Below are positions 56,207 to 64,000 of a stretch of DNA of 64,000 nt, in pieces. Positions within the stretch are counted from its first letter, which is position 1, and each line of letters begins with the position of its first letter. The DNA comes from an uncultured Poribacteria bacterium (lineage in GTDB: Bacteria; Poribacteria; WGA-4E; WGA-3G). Below the pieces are notes generated by a model. The model was given only the letters and a program-made list of their open reading frames with translations. It was not told the origin of the DNA and searched no databases. Where the stretch lies: the NCBI GenBank assembly GCA_958296135.2, contig CATQHZ020000001.1:3552001-3616000 (forward strand), in the 5' to 3' direction. The translations under genes and the position numbers were made by a program.

Positions 56207-57973
56207 ATGAGTACTAAACTGAAAATATTTATCAGTGCCTTCGTCTTTGTCAGCATCACGCTTGCCTGTATCCTCGGTGCGCAGCAAGTCGATGCTGCCG
56301 CAGGACTCGTTTGGTATAGTGTGATACCGCCGCTGCTTGCTGTCACGCTCGCCATTCTCACAGCCCGATTCTTCTTGAGTCTCAGTGTCGCTGTTGGTGC
56401 AAGCATCGTGCTCAGCTGGATAAAACATTACCTGACGGCCGGCGAACCTGCCTCATCATTGATTCCCAATTTTTTCGGCGAAACTATCTGGTTTGTAGGG
56501 AAGGTGGCATTAGACTTAGAAAACATCTGGATGGCACTTTTCGTCTTTCTGATTTTGTCAATGATTGCGGTGGTGGTATCGTCCGGCGGCATGGGCGGCA
56601 TCGTCGCGTGGCTCTCGCGGTTTGCAAAAGGACCGCGCTCAACGCAAGTCGTCACCGCTTTGATAGGCGTGTTCGTCTTTATCGGTGACTATACGAGCGC
56701 GATGCTCACTGGGCCTAGCATGCGTCCGATGACAGACAGGTTCCGCGTTTGTCGTGAAAAACTGGCATACATCGTGGATTCTACCAGCGCGCCGATTACC
56801 GGGCTCGCCTTTGTCAGCACATGGATAGGTGTGGAAGTCGGACTTTTTAGCGACGTTTCAGGATCTCTGCAACTCGGCCGCGACGGTTACTCCATGTTCT
56901 TTGACGCGCTCGGATTCCGATTCTACTGCATCCTGACGATCATCTTTGTCATCATCAATGCAATCAGCGGTAGAGATTACGGTGCAATGCGAAAAGCCGC
57001 AACCCGCGCACGGGAGACAGGGGCGGTTTCCGAACCGAACGCTAAAATGCTCGGAGACCCGGCATCTTTTACGAGCACGCCAAACGTCGTCACGCAACCG
57101 TTGTCCGCCATCTTACCGCTCGTCACCCTTTTCGCGCTGCTCCTTGGCGGGCTCTGGCTGACAGCGGTTTGGGTGAGGGGCGAAGGAACCGAACTCATCC
57201 TCTCACCCGCCGCGTGGCAGGCCGTGCTGGCGAAACTCAAAGCAGAGGGGAAAGAACTCGGATTTATCCTCTCCCTCTCCGCCTGGAGAAATGTGCTAAC
57301 GACGCTGAAGACTGTTCAAATCCTTAGAATGCTAGCCTGTGCAGCGTGCGGCTCGCTTGTTGTCGCAATCATCTGCGCGCGCGGCTTATCAAAGCTGCAA
57401 TTTCCAGACATCCGCACCGCCGTTTTGGCCGGGCTCAAGGGTAGCCTCGTCCCCTTGGGAATTCTCGTCCTCGTCTGGGGTTTAAAAACTGGATGCAAAA
57501 GATTGGAGACAGGGCAATTTCTCGCGTTGATACTTGAAGGAAAGGTGCCTGTCCTGGTGTTCCCGATGCTCGTTTTTGCAACCGGGGCCGCCTGCTCGTT
57601 TGCAACAGGCTCTAGTTGGAGCACGATGGCAATTCTCATACCTACCGCCGTCCCGGTAGCGTATGCAATGGACGGGGATACCTACGGCTTGACGACGCTC
57701 ATTTGTCTCGGTGCGACGCTGGATGGGGCCATCTTCGGCGACCACTGCTCCCCGATTTCCGATACGACGGTTTTCAGCGCGATTGCCAGCAGCTGCGATG
57801 CGCTACACCACGTCCGAACCCAATTGCCTTATGCGCTCACCGTTGCGTTCATCGCGTTAGGGTGCGGCTATTTTCTCGCCGCGCTGGGGCTCTTTGCACC
57901 GCTCTGCATTCTCGTCGGGACAGGGGTGATTGCACTGCTCTTTTTTGGTATTTGTCGCCGCAGCGATGTGTAG
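56207..57973 (+). CDS. Na+/H+ antiporter NhaC family transporter, copy 2
   Basis: Same motifs as copy 1; tandem paralogue. Confidence 0.9.
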   Translation: MSTKLKIFISAFVFVSITLACILGAQQVDAAAGLVWYSVIPPLLAVTLAILTARFFLSLSVAVGASIVLSWIKHYLTAGEPASSLIPNFFGETIWFVGKVALDLENIWMALFVFLILSMIAVVVSSGGMGGIVAWLSRFAKGPRSTQVVTALIGVFVFIGDYTSAMLTGPSMRPMTDRFRVCREKLAYIVDSTSAPITGLAFVSTWIGVEVGLFSDVSGSLQLGRDGYSMFFDALGFRFYCILTIIFVIINAISGRDYGAMRKAATRARETGAVSEPNAKMLGDPASFTSTPNVVTQPLSAILPLVTLFALLLGGLWLTAVWVRGEGTELILSPAAWQAVLAKLKAEGKELGFILSLSAWRNVLTTLKTVQILRMLACAACGSLVVAIICARGLSKLQFPDIRTAVLAGLKGSLVPLGILVLVWGLKTGCKRLETGQFLALILEGKVPVLVFPMLVFATGAACSFATGSSWSTMAILIPTAVPVAYAMDGDTYGLTTLICLGATLDGAIFGDHCSPISDTTVFSAIASSCDALHHVRTQLPYALTVAFIALGCGYFLAALGLFAPLCILVGTGVIALLFFGICRRSDV

Positions 57974-58013
57974 CCGTGCGCGTTGCGCGGCTATACATCC
58001 TGTTCCTCTTCGG

Positions 58014-58913
58014 CTACGAATGCCTATCCGGGAAACGCAGAAACCGTTTCGCATTGCCGCCCATGATGTCCGCTAACGCCGATGCCGATAGGTTGGGCAT
58101 CAGCTTTTCCACAACGGTGGTGAGCGCGCCGTATCCCGGGTCTTCCAAAATCCATGGAAAATCGGTCGCCCACATCAACCGCTTCGCACCGAAGTCATTC
58201 AGCAAATTGCGATGCCACCCTGCTAAATCCTGATACGGAAAGTCTGCATTGCTAAACGCGTACTGCCCAGAGAGATGCACGGTGACATTCTCAAACCGCG
58301 CCAACCGATAGGTAGTGTGCATCGCGAGGTTGTAGCCTGTCACCTGAACGCGCGGCCGCCCCTTCTCATCCCAACTGAATTTGCCTTTTCCTGGAGTCAT
58401 CCCCAGGTGGTTGAGGACAACCCGCACCTGCGGAAATTCCTGAATCAAATAGGGAAGCAGGTGCGCATCAATAGCACGCGGATAAAGCCACAACACGTAA
58501 TCCCGCTCCGCAGCGCAGCACCAGATAGGATACGTCTTGAATTCGCGCACATCCATCTTCGCAAAAATATCCCGCGGCCCGCCAAATTCGGAAAGCCGAA
58601 ACCCGATGATACCGGGATAACTTGCCAACTCTGCCATGTAATCCGCAGGGCGCGGATGTTCCGGCGGGATAAGCCCAATCCCCAGAAACCGTCCCGGGTA
58701 GGCGCGCAGGCAGTGAAGCAGGTACCGATGCTGTGCCAAACTCGTTCCACCAATCTGGACAAGCACCGCCTGGTCGATCTGGTGTCTCTCCATTTCCGCC
58801 AGCAGTTTTTCAACCGGTTCCTCCCGTTCCGCCGGACAAACCGGTGTCGTCTCGCGCGGAAATTCGGGTGACACTTTTGTAAATACGTGCAGATGCGCAT
58901 CAATTCGTGGCAT
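58014..58913 (-). CDS. Amidohydrolase_2 family protein
   Basis: IDAHLH, LNHLG, FGAKRLMWATDFP, GGNA. Confidence 0.88.
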   Translation of the reverse strand: MPRIDAHLHVFTKVSPEFPRETTPVCPAEREEPVEKLLAEMERHQIDQAVLVQIGGTSLAQHRYLLHCLRAYPGRFLGIGLIPPEHPRPADYMAELASYPGIIGFRLSEFGGPRDIFAKMDVREFKTYPIWCCAAERDYVLWLYPRAIDAHLLPYLIQEFPQVRVVLNHLGMTPGKGKFSWDEKGRPRVQVTGYNLAMHTTYRLARFENVTVHLSGQYAFSNADFPYQDLAGWHRNLLNDFGAKRLMWATDFPWILEDPGYGALTTVVEKLMPNLSASALADIMGGNAKRFLRFPDRHS

Positions 58914-58967
58914 AAAAGATTCCTCCTTCACTACAAGATGCCGGGATTCGGACCGCGCCTCTCCAGA

Positions 58968-59681
58968 CTATGCCAAACTGAAAAGTTGCCGCCGCGCCGG
59001 AGTCTGACAAGACTCGGAGATAGCCGCGAACTGCTCTGGACTGACGCGACCCGGGGTCCGCTTCTCATAAATCAGAATAATTGATTGCCGCGGCACGTCC
59101 GAGTGGTTGTCCATAGACACGTGCCATCCATAGGAATTAAACATAATCGCCGTGCCGGCCTTACCGGGAAAAGTTTTGTGCCCCGGCATACTCTCTTGCC
59201 GCATCGGGCGCGTATAGGGCCCCGCGTCCGGCTTATGACTGCCCGGCACATAAGCAAATTCGCCGCACCCCGACGGGACATCGTTGACATAGATTTGCAC
59301 CTTAATGTGCAGCGGACTGCTCTGGGGAACATCCGGGTGCCATCCCGTGTAACTCACCGGCCACGGGGCCACCGTCCGAACCTGCGGTGCCAGCAGAATC
59401 AGTTCGTCATCCGTGAACGCCATCAGCGCGCCGTAGTAACTCGGATAATCGACAATGTCGATGAAAACCGGGTCTTTCTCAAACGGATTCGGGATGTCAT
59501 AAAAGGTGGCGGCGGCTTCGCCTGCTTCCACTCTCTCTAACCATTCCGCCTTACAAGCATCAGCCCAGTAATCAAACGCGGTCTGGAGTCGTTTCAGGGC
59601 TTCGCCCTGAATTGCGTTTTCAAAGACGAGGTAGCCTTCCGCTTCCCATTGCGCTTTTTGCGCTGCATCCGGTCGAATCAT
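58968..59681 (-). CDS. Phytanoyl-CoA dioxygenase family protein
   Basis: GYLVFENAI, WHPD, VPGSHK, AGTAIMFNSYGWH. Confidence 0.88.
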   Translation of the reverse strand: MIRPDAAQKAQWEAEGYLVFENAIQGEALKRLQTAFDYWADACKAEWLERVEAGEAAATFYDIPNPFEKDPVFIDIVDYPSYYGALMAFTDDELILLAPQVRTVAPWPVSYTGWHPDVPQSSPLHIKVQIYVNDVPSGCGEFAYVPGSHKPDAGPYTRPMRQESMPGHKTFPGKAGTAIMFNSYGWHVSMDNHSDVPRQSIILIYEKRTPGRVSPEQFAAISESCQTPARRQLFSLA

Positions 59682-59691
59682 GAGATGCCTC

Positions 59692-60735
59692 CTATTTTAT
59701 CTTGCCTCTGCCTGCAATCCGCCAAATCGCCTCAACGGTATCGGCTCGCACCGCGGCGAGTTCATCGTGGAGATTGCTCGTCATCCCTTGGTGTAGCGGG
59801 ATGACAGAGAGCCGTTCGCCCACCCGAAACCGATGCGAACATCCGCTGACATCCACGTGCCCGTGTTCAACGGACATGCCATAAATCTTCGCATCGGAAT
59901 GTTCAATGATATGGCCATAAGGTGTCGGCGGATAACTGGCGAACGTCTTTTGTCCGCCATCGACGATAATCCTGTCGGGTGTCGGCGTGCTGACGACTGT
60001 TACGATGACGCGGAGCGCGCACCGCCGCGGATGCAACATCTCCGAATTCCCGACGCGCGTCATGCCTTCATAGACATACGAACCGCTGCGCGTCTCCGTG
60101 CAACCGAGTTCCTTGGAGAATTTCTCCGCGCCTGTGCCGCCGCCGCTGATGACGTTGACGGGGATGCCATCGCGCGTGAGGCGTGCAACTGTCTCGTCGA
60201 GGAACGGCTTCGCGCGCGGATTGCTCGGATACGTCATGATGCCTCGAAAATCGAGCCCCGGCATCTTCATAACCGTCCGCGCGAGGTGTTGCGCCTCTTG
60301 TGGCGAACCGACACCACACCTGCCACCGCCCGTATCAAGTTCTAGTATCACAGGCACGACACACCCGTCTGCACTCGCTTGCTGAGAGAGCCCTGTCGCC
60401 GTCTCTTTGGAATCGAGAGCCACCGTGATGCGTGCGCGCTTCAGCAGTGCAGTCAACCGCTTCAGTTTCGGTATCCCGACGATATTGTAGGGAATGAGGA
60501 TATCGTCGATCTCCGCGTCTACCATCGCCTCTGCTTCGCCGAGTTTCTGACAGGTAATCCCTTGCGAGCCCGCGGCGATTTGTAATTTTGCGATTTCTGG
60601 CACCTTATGCGTCTTTGCATGCACGCGCAGTGGAATGTCCAACTGTTTGCAGTACGCGGCCATCCCGTCAATGTTCCGCGCCAGCACGTCCAAATCGACA
60701 ACGAGCGCAGGGGTATCCAGGGCTGTGATGTCCAT
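59692..60735 (-). CDS. D-threonine aldolase/DSD1-like PLP enzyme (alanine racemase fold)
   Basis: LDTPAL, RVHAKTHK, QKLGEAE, RCGV, SGGGT, SVEHG. Confidence 0.88.
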   Translation of the reverse strand: MDITALDTPALVVDLDVLARNIDGMAAYCKQLDIPLRVHAKTHKVPEIAKLQIAAGSQGITCQKLGEAEAMVDAEIDDILIPYNIVGIPKLKRLTALLKRARITVALDSKETATGLSQQASADGCVVPVILELDTGGGRCGVGSPQEAQHLARTVMKMPGLDFRGIMTYPSNPRAKPFLDETVARLTRDGIPVNVISGGGTGAEKFSKELGCTETRSGSYVYEGMTRVGNSEMLHPRRCALRVIVTVVSTPTPDRIIVDGGQKTFASYPPTPYGHIIEHSDAKIYGMSVEHGHVDVSGCSHRFRVGERLSVIPLHQGMTSNLHDELAAVRADTVEAIWRIAGRGKIK

Positions 60736-60945
60736 CTATTTTCCCCTCCAGAGGATTTCTAGGAAGAGTTTATCTATTGTTTACCTTTTTGTCAACAAAA
60801 AACAAAAGTTTGTAACTCAGGCTCGCCTACTATCCAGGCCAAACGAATCAGGATCCGGCGATTCTGAACGACAGAAGTGATACGAATCAACGTCATACCG
60901 CGATTCCCGCGTGAGCCAGCCCGCCGCCCTACGGTAAAGATATGA

Positions 60946-61040
60946 CGGTGCCCGTAGCGCGAGGGCCTGTCCCTCGCGAGCGGTGTTTGAGCCGGCCCGG
61001 TGCCCGTAGCGCGAGGGCCTGTCCCTCGCGAGCGGTGTTT
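60946..61040 (+). repeat. Two tandem copies of GTAG palindrome family R1
   Basis: cggtgcccgtagcgcgagggcctgtccctcgcgagcggtgttt at 60946 and 60998. Confidence 0.92.
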
Positions 61041-61145
61041 CTGTCGGATGTGCCGCGCCGTCCCGTTGTTTTTAACGCTCATCGTGTTCTTTGCTGAACG
61101 AGGCGTTCGTGGCTGTCGCCGGTGGCGATGTCCGGTTTCCAAAAT

Positions 61146-61175
61146 TTGACAAACCCACCCCATTTATGATATACT
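61146..61175 (+). promoter_or_regulatory. Sigma70 promoter for tyrS
   Basis: TTGACA-18-TATACT. Confidence 0.65.
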
Positions 61176-61274
61176 AATGAACATATCTTCACAAAAAAGG
61201 ATTAAACAGAGCTATCCAGGTCTTCCCTTCACTCGGTAGTCAAAACTGAAACTAAATGGCTCTGGGAATCAAAA

Positions 61275-62531
61275 GTGAATAACGTCTTTGATACCCTCAA
61301 GGAACGGGGGTTCGTCCAGCAATGCACGCATGAAGAAAACGTCGCGCAACTGCTCGCCGAAAAGCAGATAACCTACTACGTCGGCTTCGACCCGACGGCT
61401 GAGAGTCTGCATGCGGGGAGCCTCGTGCCTCTCATGGCCATGGCGCATTTGCAGCGCGCCGGACATCAACCCATCGCTATCATCGGCGGCGGAACAACGA
61501 TGATAGGCGACCCGAGCGATAAGACAGAGATGCGTCAGTTGTTACCGCGCGAACAAATTGCGGCGAACGGCGCAAGCATCTTGGAACAACTCCAGCGGTA
61601 CGTCAAACTTGACACGCCGACGACTCACGCGAACAACGCGGGGGGACTGTTTCTGGATAACGCCGAATGGCTGCTGCCGCTGAACTACATTGACTTTCTG
61701 CGCGATATCGGCAGGCACTTCCGCGTTAACGAAATGATCCGTGCCGAAGCGTATCGCCAACGCCTTGACCGGGAAGAGGGACTCTCGTTCCTTGAATTCA
61801 ACTACCAACTGCTGCAGGCTTACGACTTCTTGCACCTCTATCAGCAGTATGGATGCGCGCTACAACTCGGCGGCGATGACCAGTGGAGCAACATCCTCGC
61901 CGGGGTATCCCTGGTACGGCGGCTTGAGGGAGAACGGGTGCACGCGCTCACCTTCCCCTTGCTCACAACAGCAAGCGGCGCGAAAATGGGAAAAACTGCG
62001 GACGGCGCAGTCTGGCTCGATGCAAACAAAACATCGCCCTACGAATTTTATCAATACTGGATTAACACCGATGACCGGGATGTAGAGCAGTTCTTAGCCT
62101 ATTTCACCTTTCTGCCGATGGACGAAGTGCAGCGGCTCGGCGGTTTGGAACACGCGGCAATTCGGGAGGCGAAGGCAGTGCTCGCCTACGAAGCAACGAA
62201 ACTCGCGCACGGAAAAGCGGCGGCGGACAAAGCGCAGGCGGCATCGCGCGCAGCATTCGGAGGCAGCGGACAAGAACTGGAGGCAATGCCAACCTCCACT
62301 CTCCCCACTGAACGCATCCACGCAGGCATTCCTATCATGGAGTTATTCCATGAAGTCGGTTTAGCGAGTTCGCGGAGTGAAGCGCGACGGCTCATCCAGC
62401 AAGGCGGGGCCTATATCCACGAAAAGCAGTATCGCACCATCAATACCGTCGTCGATGCAACGCTACTAGAGAATAACGCGCTGCGTCTCCGTGCCGGCAA
62501 AAAACGTTACCATCGCGTCGTGTTTGAATGA
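61275..62531 (+). CDS. tyrS: Tyrosine--tRNA ligase
   Basis: YVGFDPTAESLHAGS, IGDPS, QAYDF, GGDDQW, KMGKT, S4-like tail RAGKK. Confidence 0.96.
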   Translation: MNNVFDTLKERGFVQQCTHEENVAQLLAEKQITYYVGFDPTAESLHAGSLVPLMAMAHLQRAGHQPIAIIGGGTTMIGDPSDKTEMRQLLPREQIAANGASILEQLQRYVKLDTPTTHANNAGGLFLDNAEWLLPLNYIDFLRDIGRHFRVNEMIRAEAYRQRLDREEGLSFLEFNYQLLQAYDFLHLYQQYGCALQLGGDDQWSNILAGVSLVRRLEGERVHALTFPLLTTASGAKMGKTADGAVWLDANKTSPYEFYQYWINTDDRDVEQFLAYFTFLPMDEVQRLGGLEHAAIREAKAVLAYEATKLAHGKAAADKAQAASRAAFGGSGQELEAMPTSTLPTERIHAGIPIMELFHEVGLASSRSEARRLIQQGGAYIHEKQYRTINTVVDATLLENNALRLRAGKKRYHRVVFE

Positions 62532-63970
62532 AGCGGGACTTTATGGAATCAACCAAAACGCCCTTCAAACGGTTCATTTTTATCCTCATTGATGGCGCGC
62601 CTTACGCAGTCTTCAAAGAGTTAGTAGAAAACGATGTGCTGCCAAACATCAAGAAACACGTGATTGCACGCGGATGCCTCAAAAAAGCGGTCTCCGTTTT
62701 TCCCTCAACAACCGGGCCCGCCTTCACACCGTTTTTTATGGGCCTGTTTCCGGGCACAGCGAACATCCCCGGTATCCGCTGGTTATCCAAGGCAGATTTT
62801 CAGAACCCGCACCGGTTCAAACGCCCGGGTGTCTGTAGTTACCTGGGCCTTGACGCGTTGGATTTCGAGGCTGATCTTCCGGTGAACCCGACACTGTTCA
62901 ACTTCTTCTCCCCGGTCAGCAACATTTACAATCCGCTTGCGCGCGGGTGCCCGCCTGACAAAAACCTGACGCGATGGGTGAAGCCGTTCGCTTATGCCTA
63001 TGCACATTTCTCACATCAATGGCGGTTCGTCAATCAGATTGCGGGCCGCCATCTTTGCAAAGCCGTGGAAGCCGGAGATAGATTTGTGATGTGCCTCTTC
63101 CCCGCAGTGGACACCTTCTCGCACCTCTCGCATACGCAATCACCCCAAGTGATTGAAACCTATCGTGAGATAGATGCCGCCGTTGAGAAAATCGCCGACA
63201 ATTTGCAAAAGACGAACGCGCTTGATGAAACGCTGATGCTGATAACGAGCGACCACGGTATGACGAACACGCACACCCACATCGATGTCGTGAAACAAAT
63301 GGACGATGCAGGCTGGCGATGCCTGCATTACCCGCGTTTATGGCGGCGCGGTGCAACAAGCGCAAGCATGGTATCCGGCAACGGAATGACACATCTCTAC
63401 TTTAAAAACGAAGGACCCGGCTGGGGAAAACGAACCTCTTTTGAACACCTCCAAAAAATGGGAGTCATTGAGGCACTCTTGGAACTTGAGGGATTAGCCT
63501 TAGTCGCCGGGCAAAGCCGCGAGGGAAGCATCATCGTTCAAAACCGAATCGGACGGGCGAAGATAACGTGTCAGGCAGGCACGTTTTCTTACCGATTTGA
63601 GCAGGCAGACCCGCTTGGATACGGCGTTTGTTATGACACATTGTCTTCCAGCGAAGTGCTGCGTCAGACTTATGACGCTGCTTATCCGGATGCAATCGTC
63701 CAATTGTGGCAAATCTTCCAGAGCAACCGAACCGGTGACCTGGTTTTGAGCGCAGCAAGCGGTTATGATTTACGCGCCCGTTATGAAATTCCGGAGCATC
63801 ACGCCACGCACGGTGCTTTGCTCGCTGAGCATTTGCATATCCCCCTCGCGATGAACGTGCCGATTGCCGAGACATGCATCCGGTCTGTTGACGTTTTCCC
63901 AACAGTTTTGAATTTGTGTGGCCGCGTTGTCGCGCAGGACCCGAAAATTGATGGAAAAATTGTCTATTGA
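62528..63970 (+). CDS. Alkaline phosphatase / nucleotide pyrophosphatase family protein
   Basis: ILIDG, FPSTTGP, DTFSH, TSDHG, THG, RSVDVFPT. Confidence 0.88.
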   Translation: MKRDFMESTKTPFKRFIFILIDGAPYAVFKELVENDVLPNIKKHVIARGCLKKAVSVFPSTTGPAFTPFFMGLFPGTANIPGIRWLSKADFQNPHRFKRPGVCSYLGLDALDFEADLPVNPTLFNFFSPVSNIYNPLARGCPPDKNLTRWVKPFAYAYAHFSHQWRFVNQIAGRHLCKAVEAGDRFVMCLFPAVDTFSHLSHTQSPQVIETYREIDAAVEKIADNLQKTNALDETLMLITSDHGMTNTHTHIDVVKQMDDAGWRCLHYPRLWRRGATSASMVSGNGMTHLYFKNEGPGWGKRTSFEHLQKMGVIEALLELEGLALVAGQSREGSIIVQNRIGRAKITCQAGTFSYRFEQADPLGYGVCYDTLSSSEVLRQTYDAAYPDAIVQLWQIFQSNRTGDLVLSAASGYDLRARYEIPEHHATHGALLAEHLHIPLAMNVPIAETCIRSVDVFPTVLNLCGRVVAQDPKIDGKIVY

Positions 63971-64000
63971 TGTGAAAAAAAAAAGAATTTGACATTTACC

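Noticed and set aside
61176-61274. T-box leader before tyrS
   Set aside because: Too short and no TGGNACC T-box motif; only a small CAGAGC/GCTCTG stem.
61275-62531. TyrS HAGS/KMGKT as degenerate motifs
   Set aside because: These are normal variants for bacterial TyrRS.

Overview
Bacterial chromosomal window of roughly 55% GC. The gene content (several PhyH-type dioxygenases, a sulfatase, a DUF6785-like membrane protein, a corrinoid module, a selenoprotein) suggests Candidatus Poribacteria or a similar PVC-neighbouring lineage; this is inference, not a database result. Most of the window is housekeeping operons on the minus strand (fmt-PASTA-rpe-rsmE-mtaB; tatA-tatC...pgeF-yggS-proC-yggT-ileS-like-lspA; yebC-ruvC-ruvA-ruvB-queA-yajC) plus tyrS. 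Highlights: (1) a ZorA/ZorB-like ion-motor pair coupled to a Zn-ribbon/beta-propeller protein and an exported vWA protein instead of known Zorya effectors, running off the left edge; (2) GTAG-type palindromic repeats that lie between genes and are also inserted in frame inside many housekeeping genes; (3) a full-length IleRS homologue at the canonical ileS locus with HIGH, KMSKS and editing motifs degenerated; (4) a promoter-driven, strongly base-paired ~1.1 kb locus upstream of tatA with no credible ORF, carrying nested covarying Y-shaped elements and an 88-bp IS607 miniature; (5) a tandem peroxiredoxin with two in-frame UGA codons at the catalytic positions, each followed by a SECIS-like hairpin; (6) an intact IS607 with a rearranged-RuvC TnpB. 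The poly-G tract near 36.0 kb is probably a sequencing or assembly artefact. All family assignments come from motif recognition by eye.
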